Positions 1-6,800 of a stretch of 10,319 nt of DNA are shown here, in pieces. Below the pieces are notes generated by a model. The model worked only from the letters and a program-made list of their open reading frames with translations, was not told the DNA's origin and searched no databases. Made by a program: the position numbers and the translations under genes. Every line of letters begins with the position of its first letter. Positions within the stretch are counted from its first letter, which is position 1. The stretch comes from an uncultured Thermococci archaeon (GTDB lineage: Archaea; Methanobacteriota_B; Thermococci; Thermococcales; Thermococcaceae): NCBI GenBank assembly GCA_964487115.1, contig CAZAPD010000029.1:1-10319 (forward strand). The letters run 5' to 3'.

Positions 1-539
1 GGCTCATCTATTTGAATAAATCCTGCCCCTTCGTCTTCAAGAAGTTTAAATTCTTTGTTGAGAATCTTCGCTAAGTCCATGGCAAAATCTTCTTTAGTGC
101 TGTAATATTCATTGAAGCTCCATTCTGCCAATGTGTATGGACCTGTAATAGGAACTTTAACTATTTCTCTGGTTGTAACCGACTGGACAAACTTAAATTC
201 ATCAAGGACAAGAGGTTCCCTATATTCAAGCTTGCTAACCGCAGATGCTTTGTTGAAGTAAAAATTGCCCCAAACCCTAATTGGACCATAGAACCTAAAT
301 CCATGTATCTTAGCTGTAAAATACTCCGTCATCTCACTCCTGCCCATTTCTCCATCCCATGGGATATCTATTCCCGCCCTCTCATGTTCCCTAAGCACTG
401 CAACGCTGGCATCTCTGACAGCCTCGTTAAAGTCCTCCTCAGGAATCCGTCCCAGTCTATAAAGTTTGTACTGTCTCAGAAGCCATCTCGGCTTTGGATA
501 GCTGCCGATAACACTCGTTGGAAGTATCGGAAGTTCCAC
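1..539 (-). CDS. metE: Cobalamin-independent methionine synthase, catalytic (C-terminal-like) subunit of split MetE; 3' end runs off the window
   Basis: Not in the ORF track. Manual translation from GTG at 539 gives MELPILPTSVIGSYPKPRWL...DIPWDGEMGRSEMTEYF...KVPITGPYTLAEWS...FIQIDEP, with the MetE motifs IGSYP, DGE..R, ITGPYT and IQIDEP. SD GGAGGTGA at 552-545. The Zn ligands lie beyond the window. Confidence 0.93.
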   Translation of the reverse strand, partial: MELPILPTSVIGSYPKPRWLLRQYKLYRLGRIPEEDFNEAVRDASVAVLREHERAGIDIPWDGEMGRSEMTEYFTAKIHGFRFYGPIRVWGNFYFNKASAVSKLEYREPLVLDEFKFVQSVTTREIVKVPITGPYTLAEWSFNEYYSTKEDFAMDLAKILNKEFKLLEDEGAGFIQIDE

Positions 540-540
540 T

Positions 541-1476
541 TTATTCACCTCCTAACCTTCCTAAAAGCCTCAGCTTTCTCCACGCTACACTTTCTGGGAG
601 AAAATCAAGCAAGGTATTGGGAGTTACATAAATTATTGAAAAGTTCCCTGAGAGTTTGAGAAGTCTATCCCTAATTCTATCGGCCCTTTCCATTTTTGTC
701 TCTCTGGCGTTAACAACTCCAAGACCTATCTCACCACCCACTCCATCGGGCAGTGAACCCTCAACAAGGTCCACATTGAGAATTACTCCCTCTGGAATAA
801 TCTGTGGGGTACCAAAGTATGTGACAACCCACAACTTCTTGACTTTACCCAATTCCTCAATAACAGCCCTTGCGATTTCTTTACTTATATGAACCTCATC
901 TTCCCTCGTTGCTCTTGAAAGCTCCGATGCCAAAGCTGGTTCTTGAAGTTCAACAATCTCAACTTCAAGCTCCTTTATGAGGGGATTGAGAACTCTCTCA
1001 GCATAACCATTGACAAGTGACTCAAGGCTCTCGTAGTACTCATTTATGGAGTGATACGCCAAAGTTACTGGACCCGGAAGAACAGCTTTTAAGGTCGCCT
1101 CTGGATAAACATCTTCAAGGATTTCCTTTGCAACTCTTATCCATTTTGGGATTGGATTATCGAGCAGACTAACTTCACCTTTAACAACAGGTGAACGGTA
1201 GAAAAAGTTGTTCTCATAGAACTTAAAGAGCCCGTTAATCTCAACTCCATCTATGTACCGTATAAGGGGGTTAAAGATGTCGTCCCACCTGTACATCCCA
1301 TCAGTGACCACTTTGATTCCAGCGTCCCTTGATTTCTCAAATACCCTCTTAGTGTACTCCCTATATGCCTTCTCAAGCTTTCCCTCACTTAACCTTCCAA
1401 TATTATATAGCTCAATTTTCTTTGCCAGTCCGAGAGGTCTTGGCAGGCTTCCAATCAAGGCAGGAATAATTCTCAT
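541..1476 (-). CDS. MetE N-terminal-like (folate-binding) subunit of split methionine synthase
   Basis: 311 aa with IGSLPR, VTDG..RWDD, FYENNFFYRSP, AVLPGPVT, LQEPAL and GVVNAR, all MetE-barrel motifs. No Cys residues, so no catalytic Zn site. SD GGAGGTG lies 5 nt upstream of ATG 1476. Ends 1 nt before the start of the second MetE gene. Confidence 0.88.
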   Translation of the reverse strand: MRIIPALIGSLPRPLGLAKKIELYNIGRLSEGKLEKAYREYTKRVFEKSRDAGIKVVTDGMYRWDDIFNPLIRYIDGVEINGLFKFYENNFFYRSPVVKGEVSLLDNPIPKWIRVAKEILEDVYPEATLKAVLPGPVTLAYHSINEYYESLESLVNGYAERVLNPLIKELEVEIVELQEPALASELSRATREDEVHISKEIARAVIEELGKVKKLWVVTYFGTPQIIPEGVILNVDLVEGSLPDGVGGEIGLGVVNARETKMERADRIRDRLLKLSGNFSIIYVTPNTLLDFLPESVAWRKLRLLGRLGGE

Positions 1477-2528
1477 CCGAGCACCTCCTTAATCTTTTCA
1501 TATGCCTCTTTCCATAGAGCTAACCAGACATCCAAATCCCTTGATAAAATAATCAAATTAACTCCACCTGCAATGTCGAGGGCTTTTATCTCCTCAAGGA
1601 TTTCTTCAAAGGTATCGTCCCCAGTTTGGATGCCCATTCTTCTGAGGAGAGGCTTAATATCGTCACTTATTGGATATAGCAGAGAAACCATCACTGGAAC
1701 TTTAACATTGGTATATTTTTTCAGTTCAATAAATGCCTCTTTAATTCTACTGATGCATTCCTTGGTCGCTACCACTTGGGTGAAAAACAGCTCAGCTCCT
1801 GCTGTAAGTTTTTTTGCAATTCTTTGGGCCTCAACTTCAGGCTTATAATGAGGGTTCATTGTACCAGCTGCCCTTGGTCTCTCCGCCACATAAAATAGCT
1901 CTTTAGTAGGTAAAACTCCATTGAAAATAAGCCTGGCCAGACGTATCATATTGGGGGAATCCAGGTCAAATACGGGCTTACTTGGTAACACAAGGCTTGG
2001 CCAATCTCCTGTAGTCAGGAGGACTACTTCAAAATCAAAAAGAACCGCTGTTTTAAGTTCTGATGCTAAGGCTACAAGGTTCCTATCCTTAGCTGTTAAA
2101 TGAGGCATGACCTCTACTCCAAAATGCTTGAGGTGTGTTGCGATAGCTGTTGAGGAAAAGTGGGGAGACCCCAAGGGATTATCCGGGATAGTATAGAGAT
2201 CAGCTTTCGTCTTTGAGAGAATTTTATTCATATCATCTTCATTCCTAACAGCAACTATTGGAAATTCAAGCGCCACTGCCTTTCCCTGCTCAGTCTTATC
2301 CCAGAAATTCGAATGCTTGGGCTTAATGATTTCCGTTTGTATTTTCCCTATTTCCGTGAGTAGCGGATGCTCATTGAAGAGCGTCACCCCATCCATATAA
2401 TGAATCCTCTCAAGTATCCGCATCCAAGGGCAGGGTTTTCTGGTCACTTCACATTTTCCATCATGCGCTCCACCACATGGACCATTTGAAAGTGTCTTGG
2501 GACATGTATAAAGCCGAAGTTTAGACAC
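1473..2528 (-). CDS. Methylenetetrahydrofolate reductase (MetF-like) with N-terminal MetV-like Cys-rich domain; start codon uncertain (2555 TTG, 2534 TTG, 2528 GTG or 2519 CTT)
   Basis: N-terminal CPKxxxNGPCGGxxxGKCExxxxxCPW (MetV/MTHFR_C-type Cys motif), followed by the MTHFR-barrel motifs PDNP, PHLTAKDRN, TTGD, VFDLDS and KKLTAGAELFFTQ. ATGA overlap with the next gene. Sits within a met operon. Confidence 0.8.
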   Translation of the reverse strand: MSKLRLYTCPKTLSNGPCGGAHDGKCEVTRKPCPWMRILERIHYMDGVTLFNEHPLLTEIGKIQTEIIKPKHSNFWDKTEQGKAVALEFPIVAVRNEDDMNKILSKTKADLYTIPDNPLGSPHFSSTAIATHLKHFGVEVMPHLTAKDRNLVALASELKTAVLFDFEVVLLTTGDWPSLVLPSKPVFDLDSPNMIRLARLIFNGVLPTKELFYVAERPRAAGTMNPHYKPEVEAQRIAKKLTAGAELFFTQVVATKECISRIKEAFIELKKYTNVKVPVMVSLLYPISDDIKPLLRRMGIQTGDDTFEEILEEIKALDIAGGVNLIILSRDLDVWLALWKEAYEKIKEVLG

Positions 2529-3639
2529 CTCCAAGTGCTTTATCCAAATCTTCAATTAACTCCTCAACGTCCTCCAAACCAACAGACAAGCGTATTAGTC
2601 TCGGTGTAATGCCCAGAATTCTTCTTTGCTCCTCACCCATCGTTTTGGCTGCGCTTATCACTGGGCAACTTGCAAGGCTTTCGGTTCCTCCAAGAGAAGG
2701 AGATGGAAATATTAGGCGAAGAGAAGATAAAAACTTCTTACTGTCCCCTTTTATTTCAAAGCTGACTACCCCTCCAAAGAGTTTTCTTTTGAAGAGTTTT
2801 ACTGCTGTTGAGTGATGGGGATCACTCTTTAAGCCGGGATACATAACACGCTCAACCTTTGGATGCTCACACAGAAATTCTGCTATAGCCAGAGCACTTT
2901 TGCTCTGCCTTTCAAAGCGAACTTCGAGGGTTTTTAATCCCCTTGTTATGAGCCAAGCTTCAAGAGGCTGTATTATACTTCCAAGCCTTCTTCTCCAGTG
3001 CCAGAGCATTTCGCTGAATTCACTTTTTTTCCATATTATGCTACCCCCAAGAACGTCATTATGACCCGCTATGTACTTCGTGAGGCTGTGAATTACGAAG
3101 TCAGCTTTATCCCTAAGGGGATTATAGAGGAGTGGCGTTGCAAAGGTGTTGTCAACAGCAACAAGAGTGTCAGTTTCTTTTGCCCGGCTTATTACCTCAG
3201 GAACGTCTATAACCTTTAAGGTTGGATTTGTCATTGTTTCAAGAAAAACAAGTCTCGTATCTTCTGTTATTGCCTCTACAATACTGTCAGCATCAGGATA
3301 GGCAAGCTTTACTCTGATGCCAAATTTTTTGAGCTCCTGGGCAAGCTGAATTGTAGTTCCGTATCCTTCCATTGAGAGAACAATCTCATCACCTGCTCTT
3401 AGCAAGCTTAAGTATAAGGCTGATATTGAAGCCATTCCACTATTAAATGCCAAAGCGTCTTTGCCTTTTTCGAGCTCTGCCAACATTAATTCAAGCTCTC
3501 TGACTGTTGGATTCTCTTCGCGGGTGTACTTTAATTCGAATCCCCTATCTGAAGTCTGCGTTATACCTGATTGTTTGAAGCTAATCGTTTGATAGATTGG
3601 TAAATGAAGGGCATCAAACGTAAGATCCCTAAGTTCCAT
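2521..3639 (-). CDS. metB: Cystathionine gamma-synthase-like PLP enzyme (Cys/Met metabolism family)
   Basis: Motifs PIYQT, YTR..NPT, FNSGMA, ETMTNPT, VDNTFATP, PLP-lysine HSLTKYIAGH, SLGGTESL and RLSVGLED. GGAGGGGTG precedes ATG 3639 (GTG 3642 is an alternative start). Exact reaction specificity is inferred from operon context. Confidence 0.88.
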   Translation of the reverse strand: MELRDLTFDALHLPIYQTISFKQSGITQTSDRGFELKYTREENPTVRELELMLAELEKGKDALAFNSGMASISALYLSLLRAGDEIVLSMEGYGTTIQLAQELKKFGIRVKLAYPDADSIVEAITEDTRLVFLETMTNPTLKVIDVPEVISRAKETDTLVAVDNTFATPLLYNPLRDKADFVIHSLTKYIAGHNDVLGGSIIWKKSEFSEMLWHWRRRLGSIIQPLEAWLITRGLKTLEVRFERQSKSALAIAEFLCEHPKVERVMYPGLKSDPHHSTAVKLFKRKLFGGVVSFEIKGDSKKFLSSLRLIFPSPSLGGTESLASCPVISAAKTMGEEQRRILGITPRLIRLSVGLEDVEELIEDLDKALGGV

Positions 3640-3663
3640 CACCCCTCCATGGTTAAGTGCAAC

Positions 3664-3720
3664 TTTTTATATATTTTTCGACATATTTTTTAGTATTAAA
3701 TAATCCTGGCAGTTATAAAA
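3664..3720 (-). promoter_or_regulatory. AT-rich promoter region of the met operon
   Basis: Minus strand has CGAAAAA-TATATAAA (BRE-like plus TATA, 3680-3666), TTTAATA (3700-3694) and TTTTATAA (3720-3713). The box actually used cannot be determined from sequence. Confidence 0.55.
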
Positions 3721-3781
3721 CTTGAAGCAGTAAACAATCGAAGCAGAAACACTAATCTCAATCCATGGAGGATGGGCCAAG

Positions 3782-4438
3782 TTACATCAACTTCTTTTTA
3801 AGAAGCCTTTCTGGATAAAAGCCTAAGCTGGCTTTAGCCTGAGGTACTTCCATTCCCAAAGCTATGCCAATACTCATCAGCTCTTTAGGGCCTCTAACCC
3901 CCCATTTACTCCCGGCCGAGGAAGTCAAGAATCTTGGTACCCTATACTTTTCAATAAGCTGCCAGCTCTTCATCATGAAACGGAGCATTAAAGCTCTTTC
4001 ATAGGGATTTGCCCTCAAAAGGGGTTCGAGAGAAAATCCAATTGCAACATCGTTTCTTGCTGCGAGTTTCGCTAAGACATGGTCAAAACCAGCATCTTTC
4101 CTCCCAAACCATGGACTTATGAGAGCATCGACACCAACCTCAAGGGCAAAGCGGTTTATTCTAAGGTTGCCTCCTTGAACATAGAGAAGAGCTTTAAGGT
4201 TGCGGTTCTTCACTTCCCGGATGAGGCTTGGCTTTTTCGTGACTATCAGGAGTGCAACCCTCCCGTATTCCCCTCGGAGGGCTCTGAGCTCTGCCTTAAG
4301 ATCTTCCCAATTGGGTGGCCTTTCGAGAACGAGCTTTTTAGTGAAAACCACCTTATTAAACCATTCGCTCGCTAAATGGTAGGCTTCTTCGTTCCTCACG
4401 TCCATTTCCACAAAGTAATTTCTGGAATCCTCGTTCAT
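3782..4438 (-). CDS. rnp3: Ribonuclease P protein component 3 (Rpp30)
   Basis: YFVEMD...EWF, INRFALEVGVDALISPWFGRKDAGFDHVLAKLAA and FLTSSA..W.VRGP.ELMS match Thermococcales Rpp30. ATG 4438 overlaps the upstream stop (ATGA). GTG 4450 is an alternative start. Confidence 0.93.
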   Translation of the reverse strand: MNEDSRNYFVEMDVRNEEAYHLASEWFNKVVFTKKLVLERPPNWEDLKAELRALRGEYGRVALLIVTKKPSLIREVKNRNLKALLYVQGGNLRINRFALEVGVDALISPWFGRKDAGFDHVLAKLAARNDVAIGFSLEPLLRANPYERALMLRFMMKSWQLIEKYRVPRFLTSSAGSKWGVRGPKELMSIGIALGMEVPQAKASLGFYPERLLKKKLM

Positions 4439-4890
4439 TCCTCCAACCACTCCTTTACAGCTTTAACCACTGCCTCTTTCCTCATTGGAAATGCTTTAAT
4501 CTTGATCTTCACCTGAACAACGTCTTCTCCCTCATCGATTTCAGCCTCGCCCAAATATGCCTTCTGCTTGTTGAAACGCACATAGAGCGTTCCATCCTCA
4601 TCGATCTTCTCATCGAGATTGTCAAGGATATAGTGCCTGTCTTCTTCGCTCAGCAAGTCCTTGAAGTAATCCACAAACAGCCTAACAGCCTTGCTCCGCT
4701 TGATCTTGACATTGACAACTTTAATCGGATTGCCAAAGTAACCGGTGGTCTCAAGTACATCAAGGAGAACATCCTCCTCATTTATTCCCTCGGGAATGAA
4801 GGTTCCTATAGCCTCCAGAACCTTATCTTCATCCTCCGTTGCATGGATAAATGTGGTGAGCCTAACATGATGGGCAGTTATCTTCGCCAT
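4435..4890 (-). CDS. DUF54 / COG1325 predicted RNA-binding protein
   Basis: Motifs HATEDEDKV, GYFGNPI and LYVRFNKQKAYLG. Typical neighbour of rnp3 and rpl15e. SD GGTGA lies 5 nt upstream of ATG 4890. Confidence 0.88.
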   Translation of the reverse strand: MAKITAHHVRLTTFIHATEDEDKVLEAIGTFIPEGINEEDVLLDVLETTGYFGNPIKVVNVKIKRSKAVRLFVDYFKDLLSEEDRHYILDNLDEKIDEDGTLYVRFNKQKAYLGEAEIDEGEDVVQVKIKIKAFPMRKEAVVKAVKEWLEE

Positions 4891-4924
4891 TTCTCTCACC
4901 TAAGAGGAGAATTATGAGGTACTG

Positions 4925-4933
4925 CTTTAAAAG
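4925..4933 (-). promoter_or_regulatory. Candidate TATA box for the DUF54-rnp3 transcript
   Basis: CTTTTAAAG on the minus strand about 30 nt upstream of the SD. It would give a start site near 4901-4903. Confidence 0.5.
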
Positions 4934-5089
4934 CTAACCCATTGAGAAATTTATAGGGTTGCCCATCAAATAGATAATGTGGAAAATGCTCGCAAAAACG
5001 GACTCATGGCAAGGCTCTACCTGTCGAAGGGCCTGGAGGTGGGTTTACTTGATAAAGATTGAGGAAGCACACTCACAATTCAAGCCTGA

Positions 5090-5856
5090 TTATCCGATAA
5101 AAGAATCCAAAGAACTGGCCTCCCTATGCTCCCTGAAGTAGGGAATATCAAACAGTACGTTGAAAGGGAACATCAGCAAGAGAAGAAGACAAAAACAGGG
5201 AAAGCATAACGGCCAGACGCCTTCGTCTTCACTATGAAATGCCAAATATATTATCCTTCCTATCTTTTTTTGTCACCATTGTAATCCACGCAACGAAAAG
5301 ATAAATGAAAGTTAAAGGAAGTAAAGAAACTGAATAGAAAAGTCGGGCTTCTGTGATGGCGGGGGTTTACTGCCATCACCAAACTAACGAAGTAGAGGAT
5401 CAACGGAAGTATCAACATATCTGAAGAATATGAATGCACCAAACCGCCCACAAATCCCAGCACCGCCCAGTAGAGTGCCACTGCAATGTAACCACGAGCG
5501 GTTGATTGAACAAGGGCTAAAAAAGGAGCCAGTGCAAGGGTTGAAATAACTATAGAATTCAGGGGTTTTCTTGAGCATCTCAACAAGTAACCAAGATAGT
5601 ATAAAGGCATTGCCATAACAACGGTTATCCCGTACCATATCCCCCTGAACATTAGCATAACAACCGGGATAAAAATCAGCAGGACAAATCCGCTTAATAT
5701 TAACTTCCACCTAATGGAGGATTTGAAAACATAACCCGCTATAACGATTCCACATAGGGAGATAAGCTCCAGCCAGTACATCCTGTTGAGCCAGAAAAAG
5801 AGCCATATCACTAAAAGAAAGATTAAAGAAGCACTTTCGAGGATTTTCTTTTTCAT
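5090..5856 (-). pseudogene. Multi-pass membrane protein of unknown function, apparently frameshifted
   Basis: SD GAGGTG then ATG 5856, followed by about six hydrophobic segments. After the C5 run (G5 at 5361-5365) the annotated frame loses TM character, while another frame reads NPAITEARLFYSVSLLPLTFIYLFVAWITMVTKKDRKDNIFGIS* (stop 5232). Further hydrophobic fragments continue in other frames to a stop at 5090. An intact 5260..5856 ORF cannot be excluded. Confidence 0.55.
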
Positions 5857-6072
5857 CCACATGCACCTCTTACTCAACAATCATTTTCGGCATCTTCTCC
5901 CATCCCCTCTTTTGTAGAATAATCGCCGGCTCTCCATATCCTCTTTTCCAAGTCCGGATTTATGTACCTTTCCCAGTATTTGCTATCATGCTGGCAGGCT
6001 CCACGAAAAGTCAGCAGCTGGTATATTGATGTATTTGACAACAAACCAGTAATCAGACTTCAAGTCATATGC

Positions 6073-6099
6073 AAAAATGCTGTAAGAAAGAGAAGGGAA
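6073..6099 (-). terminator. Pyrimidine/oligo-U terminator after rpl15e
   Basis: TTCCCTTCTCTTTCTT directly after the stop, then TTTTT; typical of Thermococcales intrinsic terminators. Confidence 0.6.
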
Positions 6100-6684
6100 T
6101 TACTTGCCCTTACCCTTGTTTGCCCTAATGCTTGGTCTGATCTTCTCGGCGCCCTTACCCTTGTTCCTCAGGCCGCGGCTCTTCCTGCCAGCGCTGGTGA
6201 GACCTCTAAAGACCCTGCCCTTGTGGGGCTTGAGGGCTATCCAGGCTATCTTCGGGTCGCTCTTTATGACCGGGTGGTGCGGGTCAACGAGAATGACCTC
6301 GAACCACTTGTACATTCCGTCCTCGCCGACCCAGTAGGAGTTGAGGACCTCGAGGTTCGGGAACTTTCTGGCCGCCTTCTCCTCGGCTATCCACTGGAGG
6401 CTCTTCTTCGGGCTGTACTTGACCATACCCATCTTGCTCGGCTTTCTTCCGCCCTTCCACCTGGGCCTCTTCCTTCCACCACGTCTAACCCTAACGCGAA
6501 CTACAACATAGCCCTGCTTGGCCTGATAACCAAGGGAACGGGCACGGTCGAGTCTCGTTGGTCTCTCAATTCTAACAACTACAGGCTCTCTTCTCCACTT
6601 TATCATTCTCTGCTTTAAAAGTTCTCCAACATAACTCTTTTTTGGAGTTTTCCAGGCTTCTCTAATGTATTTATACATTCCCAT
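6100..6684 (-). CDS. rpl15e: 50S ribosomal protein L15e (eL15)
   Basis: 194 aa: [76 protein letters not shown] upstream. Confidence 0.98.
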   Translation of the reverse strand: MGMYKYIREAWKTPKKSYVGELLKQRMIKWRREPVVVRIERPTRLDRARSLGYQAKQGYVVVRVRVRRGGRKRPRWKGGRKPSKMGMVKYSPKKSLQWIAEEKAARKFPNLEVLNSYWVGEDGMYKWFEVILVDPHHPVIKSDPKIAWIALKPHKGRVFRGLTSAGRKSRGLRNKGKGAEKIRPSIRANKGKGK

Positions 6685-6750
6685 CTTGCTCCCTCCTTGG
6701 CTTGTGGTTCTCCGCAGTGCGGAACATCCCGCGGGTTCCCCCGCCCAGTC
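6685..6750 (-). promoter_or_regulatory. Structured 5' leader of rpl15e (probable eL15 ribosomal-protein leader RNA)
   Basis: GC-rich island. RNA hairpins GCGGG-GGAA-CCCGC (6744-6731, GNRA loop) and UCCGC-ACU-GCGGA (6723-6711) lie between a TATA box and the SD. An eL15 leader candidate has been described for Euryarchaeota; identity is from recollection and not tested. Confidence 0.7.
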
Positions 6751-6771
6751 GGTTTGAGTTCGAAGTTGGGT

Positions 6772-6779
6772 TTTTAAAA
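6772..6779. promoter_or_regulatory. Palindromic TATA box, possibly shared by divergent rpl15e and the PAP2 gene
   Basis: TTTTAAAA. 29 nt from its first T gives G6750 on the minus strand (start of the leader) and A6801 on the plus strand (PAP2 ATG). Confidence 0.6.
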
Positions 6780-6800
6780 GTTGTGGCGGATTTAATGTTG

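Noticed and set aside
303..3219. Short plus-strand ORFs opposite the met genes
   Set aside because: All lie antisense to well-supported CDSs and have Ser/Leu/Ile-rich shadow composition.
3639..3650. Mini-ORF ATG GAG GGG TGA overlapping the metB start
   Set aside because: Explained by the SD sequence itself; too short to support a leader-peptide claim.
3652..3721. Possible SurR sites upstream of metB
   Set aside because: The GTT...AAC pairs have 6- and 4-nt spacers, not the GTT-n3-AAC consensus.
5962..6618. 218-aa plus-strand ORF antisense to rpl15e
   Set aside because: Shadow ORF of a codon-biased ribosomal gene; no SD or recognisable motifs.
6690..6750. tRNA or C/D-box sRNA reading of the GC-rich island
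   Set aside because: No cloverleaf and no RUGAUGA/CUGA boxes; its position fits a 5' leader.
6702..6800. N-terminal extension of the PAP2 ORF in the track
   Set aside because: It runs through the rpl15e leader hairpins and TATA box; ATG 6801/6795 fits better.
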